From Saccostrea cucullata (taxonomy: Eukaryota), in assembly GCF_032062105.1 (NCBI RefSeq), contig NW_026939963.1, positions 1 to 64,000 of the forward strand: a DNA stretch of 64,000 nucleotides, given 5' to 3'. A program made the position numbers and the translations under genes. Of this stretch, positions 52,979 to 64,000 are shown one piece after another (the stretch's first letter is position 1; the number at the start of each line of letters is the position of its first letter). The notes beneath the pieces were generated by a model. The model worked only from the letters and a program-made list of their open reading frames with translations, was not told where the DNA came from and ran no database searches.

Positions 52979-53066
52979 TTAAGAAATAAATGCCCATGTT
53001 TGAAAGTATAAAAAACATATTTTGAATAAAATTCATGTATATTGTACACGCATGCATCAACCAATT

Positions 53067-55031
53067 CTACGATATTTGGTATACACAACATTTTTTACAG
53101 TAGTCTAACACCAAAATCTTCTCTCCCGCTGGATGAAGTATAACGTTGTAAGTTTCTGTCATGCCTTCTAGAACAATGTCTCTACTCTCGCTCTTGTCGC
53201 ATTTAAATTGTTTTAGTTTAGTTGACTTATGCTTACAAACGAAAGTATTGTCTTTTAAATCAAATGCAAGACCACGTAGATTTCCATGCCGAGTGCTCCT
53301 GAAAATTTCTTTGTTATTTCCATCCACAACTATAACCATTTCATCTCTTATGAAACAATGTAAATCTGATATTAGTGACGAGGCCACAAAGGGTACAACT
53401 CCACTATGTTTATATGCTGAACTATGGATAACGCTAAAGTCCAAAGAACATATCATTCTCTTAGTATCATTGGCTGCAAATGCTGCGGTTGGCCCACAAG
53501 AAATTGCCAACATGGGTTCTTCTAACTGAATGGTTTTAAGAATTGTAAATGTTGTAGTTTCTGCAACATCAATTCGATAATGATTGATAAAGTTTTTAAA
53601 AGACACATAAATTTCATTCAAGCTCAGACCGGAGTGACAGATGCCGTGCGGTTTGTCCTGACACTTCTCAGTGTGAATGCATTCTCCTGTGGCCTTACTG
53701 ATGTCGTAAATCTTCAGCGAAGGTGGGTCTGACAGAGATAGAACAATCTTTGTATCATGTATAAACAAACCATAATAAACTCTCTCTGAGAAACCGGTAA
53801 TCTGTGATAATTTGTTAAAGGTGACTTTCATCCAGTCTTTTTTAGACATGTCTTGAGCACCCAATAAAATTCTGTCCACCGCCGTAGATTGTTGTTTAGA
53901 CAACACTACGTCTTCAAACTCATTTGTATTGGAAATTTGACTCAGAAAATCCGAGTTGTATTGTTTGTAATCTTCCGGAAATTTCCAAATATCCAAAGAC
54001 TTCAAACGAGTGATGTGGTCAGAAATCTGATTCTGTAATTTATAATTTGTGACAAACAATTGTTTTGAAGACCCACTCTTCAACACTGACTGTAGCATGG
54101 TTCTTGCTTCATGTACTGTAGTGAAAAACCTCCTCAACTCCTCGGAAGCAATTTCGATGTTTCCAACGGAGTCTGCGTGATTCTGTTCAAAGCGTTTAAG
54201 CCACATGGCATGTGCATTGTCCACTAATGATTTTATTTCTTGAACTTTCTCTTCAGTGGTCATACATATTTCTTGCTTCCTTGTGTTAAGTTCTGATACT
54301 TTATTTTGATTTTCTAATAGAATATCTTGAACAGTTTTCTCCAAACTAATATATTTGAAAGCAGTCTTTCGAATGCTTTCTCGGTCAACCTCATGAGCTT
54401 TATCTTCAAGTGTGTTTACATTCTTACACAATTTATGCTGTTTGACAAGGCAAACACTACAACATAGCTCCTGATGGTCGTGGCAAAACACATCAATAAC
54501 CTTCCCTGTATGTAACGGACATGACTCTTCTATCTCAATTTCACTGTTCACCTCCTTGATGTTGGAAAGTTTTACAATTTTATGATTTTGCAGGCTTGGT
54601 GCAGCTCTGTGTAACGATTTGCAATCTTCGCAAATGGCTTCTATACAAGATTTACACCAGTGGTTTGCAAGTACAGTTTTCTCCAGTCGTTTGCAAAACA
54701 TGCAGTTTTTATTTTCATCTTGCCCAGGGTCTACAGATAAAGTCAGTATAAGTTTATTCTTTGGTAATTCTGATGCCCAATCTTCACTTGAAATGTCATT
54801 CCGCGGAGCCTCGATACATCTACGACACACTGGACACTCTATCATCGATTTTAGCGTTTCATTGTCCTTACGTGTCGCCGTACTTGAAATATAAGTCTGT
54901 ATATACGACTCACAAAATGTGTGATAACACGGTAGATATTTCGGATTTCTTACCTTCTCTAGACATATCGGACAATGACATTGGTCACTCTCAGGGTTAT
55001 CGAAAGGGGTATCGTTTTTTGATTCACCCAT
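53067..55031 (-). CDS. Intronless TRIM-like protein, 654 aa; sixth RING zinc ligand Cys->Tyr
   Basis: Open ORF with the same architecture as 30127-32115; CYHTFCESY instead of CYHTFCExC. Confidence 0.9.
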   Translation of the reverse strand: MGESKNDTPFDNPESDQCHCPICLEKVRNPKYLPCYHTFCESYIQTYISSTATRKDNETLKSMIECPVCRRCIEAPRNDISSEDWASELPKNKLILTLSVDPGQDENKNCMFCKRLEKTVLANHWCKSCIEAICEDCKSLHRAAPSLQNHKIVKLSNIKEVNSEIEIEESCPLHTGKVIDVFCHDHQELCCSVCLVKQHKLCKNVNTLEDKAHEVDRESIRKTAFKYISLEKTVQDILLENQNKVSELNTRKQEICMTTEEKVQEIKSLVDNAHAMWLKRFEQNHADSVGNIEIASEELRRFFTTVHEARTMLQSVLKSGSSKQLFVTNYKLQNQISDHITRLKSLDIWKFPEDYKQYNSDFLSQISNTNEFEDVVLSKQQSTAVDRILLGAQDMSKKDWMKVTFNKLSQITGFSERVYYGLFIHDTKIVLSLSDPPSLKIYDISKATGECIHTEKCQDKPHGICHSGLSLNEIYVSFKNFINHYRIDVAETTTFTILKTIQLEEPMLAISCGPTAAFAANDTKRMICSLDFSVIHSSAYKHSGVVPFVASSLISDLHCFIRDEMVIVVDGNNKEIFRSTRHGNLRGLAFDLKDNTFVCKHKSTKLKQFKCDKSESRDIVLEGMTETYNVILHPAGEKILVLDYCKKCCVYQIS

Positions 55032-55044
55032 TTAACACACTTAT

Positions 55045-56333
55045 GGCCGGTTGCGTACCTATGGTTCAGATAAGTACAGCTCAGTGGTTGATCCGTGGAT
55101 CACGTAAGCCGGGTTTAAACCCCAGTTGAGTCGGGATTACCTGAGTCGCATTTCTGTTGCACGCTATAAAACTGAGTAAGGTTTACCTAATCTTGACTTA
55201 CTCGTATAAAATGTTGAAGGATAAAAGGTCCCCTAATATTACAGTACTTCAAAACAAGTTTTAATACTTAGTAACTGGTTGAAAATTAAAAGGATATATA
55301 TTATTTAAAAACAATGATATATGTTGATGTTAAATTGTAAATTGATACTAGTAATGCTGAAAAAATGCAATAAAATTTACATGATTTAATTCAAATCACA
55401 GCATCTTTCATCGAAACTCAAACTATAAGAAAATATAAAAACGCAAACAGAATAAAGCTTTTGCAAAAGACTGAATTGAAGAAAACATGGATAGTGTCTT
55501 TGGAATAAGTAATTTAGAATCAAAACACAATATATAGGTAAATAATAAAGGAAAAATGTATAAATTTAGATTTTTAGTTTAAAACCAAATGAAAAAAAAC
55601 TTATAAGACATTATTTTTGAGAAAACACTTATTATTATTTATGTTTTCTACAGAATTTTATACAACGGCAAAATTATATGGGACGAACATACCCTCCTCC
55701 CCCCGTGCCCGGTTCCTACGATCCGGCCCTGTAGATAGCCTGATTCACTGATAACTGAAAGACTTTTTATCCTCATGAAATTCGGCATTATTAGAAATTA
55801 TTGAAATTATTAGAAATTATTGAAATGTGTATCATCAGCTGTTCGAAACTGTAAAATTCCTAATTTGATTTAAATTTGGTATATTAGAAAGTTTCTATTA
55901 AATTCCTGTTTATGTACATTTATGCATTTTAATTAAAAGTATCTTCCAAAACTTCATACTACAGCTAAATCAGTATTAAAACGGCACATTGAACAGTTGT
56001 TGAAGAGGTGTGCAAAAAAAAAATCCCCATGCAACATGGCCAAAAAATTATTTTGTAGAATTGCTTTTTTGATACTGCAAAATATATCAATGCAATCATA
56101 ATTGCCATAAAACATTTCTGCAACATCGAGATATTTCAAAATATCGAACTATTCTACCCAAAAATACATGGAAACCTTGTAAAGCTGGGTTTAAACCACC
56201 TCTACACCAGGTTCAGAATTTACCGTAATTCTGAGCCGTACTCAGCCAATCCTTACATGCGTGCAACGCGAAAACTTGGATTTAAACCCGGAATCATTGA
56301 TCGTAGGTTTAAGTCTGAGATACGCAACCGGCC
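55045..56333 (+). mobile_element. PHIS/ISL2EU-type MITE, copy A
   Basis: TIR GGCCGGTTGCGTA / TACGCAACCGGCC; AT on both flanks. Confidence 0.85.
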
Positions 56334-56450
56334 ATTAGTGAATGGTTTACCATTAATTTCCCCCGCTGAAAGTGGATGATATTAATTTCGGTCTGTCCGT
56401 CTAGCTGCATGTACGTAGTTCTGTCTTTCTATAACAGTTCTGTCTCTAAT

Positions 56451-57689
56451 GGCCGGTTGCGTATCTATGGCTCAGATAAGTACAGCTCAGTGGTTGATCC
56501 GTGGATCACGTAAGCCGGGTTTGAACCTCAGTTGAGTCGGGATTACCTGAGTCGAATTTCTGTTGCACGCTATAAAACTGAGTAAGGTTTACCTAATCTT
56601 GACTTACTCACATAAAATGTTGAAGGATAATAGGTTTCCTAATATTACAGCACTTCAAAACAAGTTTTAATACTAGTAACAGGTTGAAAAATAAAAGGAT
56701 ATATTTAAAAACAAAGATATACATTGATGTTAAATTGTAAATTAAAAATGTCAAAATGCAATGCAATTTAGTTCAAATCACAGCAGCTATCATCGAAACT
56801 CAAGCTATAAGAAAATTTAAAATCGCAAGCAAAGTAATGCTTTTGCAAAAGTCTGAAGAGAAGAAAACAGGGGTGGGGGGTCTTTGGAATACTAGTAAGT
56901 AATTTAGAAACAATATAAAAACACAATATATTGGTAAATAATCAAGAAACAATGTATAAATTAAGATTTTTAGTTTAAAATAAAGTGAAAAAACTTATAA
57001 GACATTATTTATGAGAAAACACTTATTATCTATGTTTTCTAGGTAATTTTATACAGCGGCAAAATTATAGGAGACGAACATGCCCTCCCTCCCTCCGGTC
57101 CGGTTCTTACGGTCATGTAGATAGCCTGATTAATTAATCAGATAACTGAAAGACTTTTTATCCTTAGGAAATTATGCATTATTAGAAATAATTGGAATAT
57201 GTATCATCAGCTGTTCGACAGTGTAAAATTCGTAATTTGATTTAAATTTGGTATATCAGAGGGTTTCTAAAAAATTCCTGTTTATGTACATTTATGTATT
57301 TAAAAAGTATCTTCCAAAACTTTATACTACAGCTACATCAGTGTTAAAACGGCACATTGAACAGCTGCAAAAAAGAAAAATCCCCATGCTATATGGCCCA
57401 AAAAAATCTTGTAGAATAGCTTTTTTAATACTGCAAAATCTATCAATGCAATCATCATTACCATAAAACATTTCTGAAACATCGAAATATTTCAAAATAT
57501 CGAAATATTCTACCCAAAAATACATGAAAACGTTATAAAGCTGGGTTTAAACCACCCCTACACCAGGTTCAGAATTTACCGTAATTCTGAGCCGTACTCA
57601 GCCAATCCTTACATGCGTGCAACTCGAAAACTTGGATTTAAACCTGGAATCATTGATCGTAGGTTTAAATCTGAGATACGCAACCGGCC
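56451..57689 (+). mobile_element. PHIS/ISL2EU-type MITE, copy B (same family and orientation)
   Basis: Same TIR, AT TSD; alignable to copy A over its whole length. Confidence 0.85.
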
Positions 57690-58357
57690 ATAAGCCTTTA
57701 AGCTTCTGCAGTGAAATTTTACAAGAGAACTCCTTCATGTCCCTATAGCCCGAGAAAGAAAACCTATTGAAATCGAGGTTAAAAAGTCAAAGGCCAAGGT
57801 CATAGATTTAGAAATTCTGTGTTTTAACACTTTCGTTTCCGCGGGATATCTCAAGAAGCCTTTGAGCTTTTCCAATGAAATTTTACACAAGAACTCCATA
57901 TTGCCCGAGGAAGAATCCTTTTGAAATTGATGTTTAAAGGTCAAAGGCCAAGCACTAGGCTATAAATTCTAAAATGTGGTATGTTTTAACACTTTCGTTT
58001 CCATGCGATATCTCAAGAATCCTTTGAGCTTTTGCGATGAAATTTTATACCACAACCTATAGTTGTCATGTTGTAAATTACTACCGGTATTTAAATCCTA
58101 CTACCAAGAAGTTCACTTTCAATTCAAAAATTACATTACAATCCGTTTAGAGACTTGTGGAGGAATTATCGATTTTGAAATTTTAAAGTTTGTCTTTAGA
58201 AATTTTACTTATCTTAGAAACTTATCAAAACAACTCAAGCTTTCTGAGACGTCCTTTTTCTTCAAAGTGTAAAATATGGATCTAAGATTACATGCACTGA
58301 TTAATGTTTTGTTATTTGAGTCCTATTCTTCTAAACACAGACGGTTATTTTTTCCAG

Positions 58358-58464
58358 TCGCAATTTGATTTTTTGGACCTCGCATAAAAACCCATCCTGG
58401 AAGCAGAAAATTGAGGAATATTCTGTTTGATTTTAATATTAATGCAGCCGTAATTAAGGAAAAA
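58358..58464 (+). pseudogene. CHST15-like fused-exon relic (unit 4)
   Basis: 5' part matches 2170-2233 and 3' part matches 3895-3948; following intron paralogous up to ~59520. Confidence 0.75.
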
Positions 58465-59405
58465 GTTAGTAATTTACTATTGCTACTTTAATTACTTTCC
58501 GCTTAACATTTTTCGTGCATTCATCATTGGTTAATCAAAAAGTTAACTTGCTCTTGTTAATTTACTTTATTAACTAATCAAACTTCAATCAGGCAGCTCT
58601 AAGTTTCGCTTTTCTTCCAGAGTTGCTTTATAGAAAATTGAATTGATTTAAAGATTAAATAAAAAAAGAAAACTATTCATGTCTTTAACACTTCTATATT
58701 CAAAAAGCATTAAAAAAAAATAATGTTGCTCACTTAAAAACACTCTTAGCCTGCCAACTTCCGAGTACTAGTAACCTTTGTGTAGGATAGAGCTTGTTTT
58801 TGGCTGACAAAATCATATTTCAGTGCATGTTTTATACATGTTCTTTTAACATTCAAATGAACATAGTTAATTCCGATTTACCCTATTGGATTTCTAAAGT
58901 TCATAAAAATAAAATCTTTAAAACAAGGAAACACATGACCAGGTCCAGCCATATTGCTTTACAAAAACCTTATCTTTTCTCCTTACAATATGTATTTAAA
59001 AATTTATTATGTAAAGCAAAATTAAAGTATATGTGCGTGTTTTATTAATATTTTGGGAAAATGCTTCAAAGTAGCAATTATAAGAAGTATTGCAATAGCA
59101 AGAAAACTTCAAAATAGTTCTCAAACTAAAGTTTCAATACGACTTCCAAAGAACTTCATAAGTTTAATTTCAATTCAATGCCATACGTGTTAATGTTTAA
59201 TTTGGATCTTACTTTGATACAGTGCTAAACATTTAAAGTATTATATGGCATATTTTTGAAAATTTCAGTTAGCCAGAATTAAAAATATATATCTATTTTT
59301 TATTTTGTATGACTTTTCTGTAGATTTCATAATTGAAATACTCGTGTTTCAAACTTATCAAAAATTAACACAAAAATAACGTAATAACCGATTTATTTAC
59401 CGACT

Positions 59406-59439
<34 letters not shown>

Positions 59440-59562
59440 ATAATAACTATTGAAATGTGAGGTTATAATCATGTAAGTATTCAAGTTCAAAATCTAAAAT
59501 TTATTTTGAACTCATATAACTGTAATGGTTTGGGCCGTGGATGGCTCAGTTGGTGGACCCGG

Positions 59563-59738
59563 TGTAACGACGATAAGTGACCCCCGTAGAATATTGACCG
59601 GGGGTAATTTTTCTACGGAGACATTTGACCCCCTGGTCAATATTCTACGTAGAAAAATGACCCATTTTTCTGTAGAAATTATGGCCTTGGGGTCGTTTTT
59701 CTCCGTGTGCATTGTAGAAAACTGACCCCGTAGAATAA
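59563..59738 (+). mobile_element. Left end of a second Ginger1-type element (right end not in window)
   Basis: CCGG (59559-59562) then TGTAACGACGATAAGTGACCCCCGTAGAATATTGACCGGGGG, similar to the 32759 TIR with GTAGAA..TGACCCC subrepeats. Confidence 0.7.
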
Positions 59739-60044
59739 TGAGGGTTTTTTTTAAGGTAAAACCCCTGTTTATAAGATATCTATACTTACCTGCATCGAAC
59801 AATTAGCAATATGTCACGGACTCCTACTACTATGCCCGAATTATTTTAAGAACGAGTTATCTTCCCTTAACCCACTCTCTAATACCCAACATCCGGGTAC
59901 CTCAGTTTATGTGAGGGAAAAAATTAACCCTAAAAACTCTATAGCGGGGAGGTGGGTAGGGAATATGCAGGTAAGTATAGATATCTTATAAACAGGGGTT
60001 TTACCTTAAAAAAACCCTCAGTATATTTCACGCAGTACACTTAA

Positions 60045-61059
60045 GGTGCGCAATGGAAATATCGGCTAAATTTTATATTTAAAAATGTATTTGTAATCGG
60101 GATGGCGACTATTTTTAGTACATTATTTATATTGGATAATTATAATTATGATTAATAACTACATATCGAGGACAATTATATTTTTTATTTAGACTAGTCA
60201 CGTGATGCGGCAGTCACGCGATTTTAGCACATTGACTTGAAGTATTGATGTTACATATAAATATCACTAGTGCAAGGGCATAACCAAGTTAAATTTCCAA
60301 GTTTAGTATATAAATGTTTTCAAAAAGCATTGTAGTTTCTAAAAAGTGCTGCGATCCTGTCTAAATTCTGCAATTTCATTCTTAAAATTATATTTGTATG
60401 ACCGAATGCTATATTTTTTTCCTGGTCAGCGGCATGAAATATTGATATAATTAAATTGTTTTTAAGATTTCATCAGGATCGCAGCACTTTTCAGATACCT
60501 TATTAGTTCTATAGTTGAAATGCAAAAGCTTACTTTGATCCATAGAGTGTATGCCCTTGCACTAGACCGATTTATTAAGACCCCCCACATTACCATCCGA
60601 TGTACTTGCATACAAATATACGGCAGTGTCAATTAAATACGTTATGTACAGAAAATATATTAATAAAATAGCGAAGAAGACATTAAATTCAAATTATTGT
60701 CCCATAGAATATCTGTAAATAATATTTTATTTAATTAGAGAATACATATTTTGTTGAGAAAATATTACTTGATCTGTCTCTCACTGCATACAAACTACGT
60801 CACGTTGTAAGAAATGACGTCATATTGACAAGTGTATTGCGATCAGTGACTTGTTTATAACTTGTTATGTGGAATTTAACTAACGACAAAACAACACGCT
60901 GTAGTAAGTTTTTATGTAGTTTGACGATTTCTTACTGGTTAAATTAGCAGATAAACTCATTTTGTGGTATTTTAAAGAAATGTTGTATGACGTATATTGT
61001 GTATGATGTCATAGTCAAGTTTTCCCGTACAAATTAGGCTCCGCCTCCTTTTTGTAACC
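60045..61059. mobile_element. TTAA-flanked non-autonomous element inserted in the DIRS 3' region
   Basis: TTAA-GGT...ACC-TTAA; internal inverted repeats CTAGTGCAAGGGCAT (60267/60565) and AAAAGTGCTGCGATCCTG (60343/60491). Confidence 0.55.
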
Positions 61060-61166
61060 TTAACTGTGCTGCGCAGTATCTATACTTACCTGCATCGAAC
61101 AATTAGCAACTAACAGAATTTGTAGCTAAAGGAGGAGGGAATAGAGTAAATATAAATCTACTCACC

Positions 61167-62250
61167 CTAAAGGTTCTTTTTCTTTGCCCACTTCATTGTC
61201 TTTAAAATGGAAGATCTGGCAAAGTTCTCATCACCCCAAGACACATCTTTCAGGTAAAATGAGGTAAATGTATTTTCAGAGGCCCAGTGGGCTGCTTGTA
61301 AAATCTCTTTGAGTGAGGATCCATTAAACAAGGCCCAGGATGAAGCCAAGCGTCTAGTATCATGAGCTCTAACTTCTCTCAAATTTAGGTCTGTTGAATT
61401 CTCATATACATATCTTATAAGGGAAACAATCCATTTAGATATAGAGCCTTTAGCTGCTGGCCTATGTAAATTCTTTTGATAAGTAATAAAAAGTGGCTCA
61501 TTTTGATCCCTTATGTCCCTAGTTCTTTTTCTGTACATCTTTAGACATCTACATGGACAGAGTAACAGATCATCTGATTCTGTCGCAAATCTGTCAAATC
61601 TAGGTATAAAAATTGGATTCCATGCCCTACCAAGACGTTGAGTTTTGGCTAAAAATTGTAAATTAGGAAGAAGTCTAATACCAGTACGTTCCTCTCTGTA
61701 ATTAGATTCCTTGATAGACAAGGCATGTATTTCACTTACTCGTGAGGCAGATGCCAAAGCCACCAGGAATACAGTTTTCCAAGTCAAAAACTTCAAATCT
61801 ATAGATTCAATGGGCTCAAACGGGTGTTTTGTCAAAGCCCAAGTCCCAATTAGGTAACAAAGGCTTAATGGAAGGATTTGAATTAAAAATTCCCTTTATC
61901 AAGTCTGACAAACTTTTCTCAGAACTGACTGTACTCTTACTCCAACCCTTGTGGACTGTAGCAATTGCTGCCCTATAACCAGCAAGGGTGGATGCTCTGC
62001 ATCCCTTTGTTTCATGCAAATATACCAAGAAATTTGCCATGTCTTCTACAGAGGAAGAATATGGACTGACACATCGCTCACTACACCAGCTTTTGTAAAC
62101 TCGCAGTCTCGCATCATAAACTCTCTTGGTTGATGATCTTCTGCTCTTTTCAATGTATTTCTGAGCTCGCGGAGAAAACGTTCTCTCAGCTGTCTTATGC
62201 TGGATATTTTCCAAGCTACTAGTTTGAGATTTTCTGGGTCTGGATGAACC
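61167..62250 (-). pseudogene. DIRS tyrosine recombinase (frameshift ~61820-61850)
   Basis: SRRSSTKRVY..W (N-terminal part in ORF 61816-63225), LTWKTVFLVALASASRVSEI, AHDTRR, AAHW, FTSFY. Confidence 0.88.
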
Positions 62251-63225
62251 ACTTGACCTCTTTTCTGTGTCAGCATTCTTGCTATTACTGGTAACTCTCT
62301 TGGATGATCTATGAGAAGCTCCAGGAGTGATGGGTACCATGACCGACGTGGTGCAAATGGTGCTATCAGTATCAAAGTGCACTGTTCCTGAGCTACTTTC
62401 TGTAGAACTAAGTGGAGCAGAACCGGAGGGGGAAATGCATATGCATACATCCCTGTCCAATTTACACTCAGTGCATCTGTTGCGAAGGCTCCTTCCATTG
62501 GAAATGGGGAGCAAAACACTTGAAGCTTCTTGTTTTCCGAAGTCGCAAACAGATCGATATTCGGTGGATTGAATCTCTGAAAAATATTCGTCACAATATT
62601 CTGATTCAGGCTCCACTCTGTCAGTCGAATGCCTAATCGACCTCTGGATAGACTGTCTGCTAGGATGTTTCTCTTTCCTGGTATGTGGGCTGCACTGAGG
62701 ACAATATTGTGACTCTTCGCCCATTGAAAAATCTCCCAGGTCAGAAGACAGAGTAGAATGGATTTTGTGCCTCCCTCCTTGTTTATGTACGAGACAACTG
62801 TTGAGTTGTCGCACCTGAGTAGAACTCGCTTGTTCCTGATCTGGGGCAAAAACTGCATCAAGGCCAACTGAACAGCTTTCATTTCCAGCCAGTTGATATG
62901 GTGGGTCTGTTGAGACATATTCCACTTCCCTGCAATTTGAAGTGTGTCTAAATAGGCTCCCCAACCCATCTCTGATGCATAGAACTACTGGCTCCTCCTG
63001 GTAAAGAAGAACTCCTTTGAATATATTTGTTCTGCTGGTCCACCATTCTAGGTGAATGACCAAATCCTGACTGATGGGTATCAGGGCAAACAAACTGTCT
63101 TTGTGTGGTTGCCATAAAGACAGGAAATAAAATTGGATAGGCCGCATATGTAGGCGAGCTAATGGGATTAAATCTATACATGCTGTCATTAAACCCAGAT
63201 GTCTGAGAAACTTGTGTGCTTGCAC
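62046..63225 (-). pseudogene. DIRS RNase H + Dam-like methyltransferase domains (frameshifted ~62980)
   Basis: (D)ASEMGWGA, INWLEMKAV, CDNSTVV, NILADSLSR; IDLFA..DALSVNW..YAFPP. Confidence 0.85.
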
Positions 63226-63231
63226 CCAAGT

Positions 63232-63903
63232 TTATCTCTGGAATTGTGGAATTTCTTGTGAGAGATTCTGAAACCTTTCTTCTGACGGGTACACTGCTCC
63301 CATTGTCAAACTGAAGTGCGCCCCCAAATAGTCTAATTCCTGAGTTGGTATCAGTTGAGACTTTTGCCAGTTTACTAACAGGCCTAAGTTGCTGAGCAAG
63401 TTCAGTAGTATCTCCCTGTGATGCATGAGCAGTTGACGTTGTTGGCTCTTGATTAACCAGTCGTCCAGGTACATGTATATGTGAATCTGTCGAGATCTCA
63501 AATACTGCCCTATTACAGCCATCAGCTTTGTGAAATCTCTGGGAGCTATTGCTAGTCCAAATGGCATTACTTTGAACTGGTAATGCTTTCCTTGAAAACA
63601 GAACCGAAGGAACTGTCTGTGATGTGGGTAGATTGGAACATGAAAGTATGCATCCTTCAGGTCTATTGAAATTGTCCAGTCTCCTTTTCTTACAGCTTGT
63701 CGAATTGATCGGAAAGTTTCCATTTTGAAATTAGGAACATGCAAGTGAACATTCAGATTTCTTAAATTCAAAATTGGACGAAGACCTCCGTCCTTCTTTG
63801 GAACTAAAAAGAATGTGCTGTAGTAACCCATGCCTTCTTGGCTCTTGGGCACAGACTCTATTGCTCTTTTTTCTAATAAATCCTTATTTCTTCGGATATA
63901 CAT
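63232..63903 (-). pseudogene. DIRS reverse transcriptase
   Basis: YSTFFLVPKKDGGLRPILNL, IDLKDAYFHVPI, MPFGL, YLDDWLI. Confidence 0.92.
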
Positions 63904-64000
63904 ATATTTTTCTGTAACGAACTGAATACAGTTTCTCTTACGCCGCTTCCTGCCGGCCTGGAGGCAAACTGAAGACGAAGTCCTTCCTGTACTATATTTA

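Larger units (their letters stand above)
59739..64000 (-). mobile_element. DIRS-type tyrosine-recombinase retrotransposon (3' part; decayed)
   Basis: RT, RNase H, methyltransferase-like and YR ORFs in order; inverted repeat 59739-59795 / 59965-60020 and a 33 bp repeat 59777-59809 / 61077-61109, consistent with ITR/ICR structure. Confidence 0.9.

Overview
AT-rich, intron-containing eukaryotic DNA. It is most likely a bivalve/oyster-type mollusc, inferred from Helitron-associated satellite elements, the SINE type and the expanded intronless TRIM genes. The backbone is a tandem segmental-duplication array. Each unit pairs a CHST15/GalNAc4S-6ST-like sulfotransferase (+ strand) tail-to-tail with an intronless RING/B-box/B-box/coiled-coil/beta-propeller TRIM gene (- strand). 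The sulfotransferase has one splice-consistent copy (2170-12050, 5' part not found) and three decayed copies. The TRIM has two open copies, two pseudogenes and one fragment. The array is heavily invaded by transposons. The most striking is a ~5 kb PHIS/ISL2EU-type element whose THAP-DDE transposase gene and SWIM-YqaJ (lambda-exonuclease-family) gene are convergent and mutually nested, each terminal exon lying inside an intron of the other gene. Also present are a 12.8 kb Ginger1-type element with cargo, a decayed DIRS tyrosine-recombinase retrotransposon, Penelope and Kolobok-like fragments, SINEs, Helitron-derived satellite elements and many MITEs. No searches were run; family assignments rest on motif recognition.
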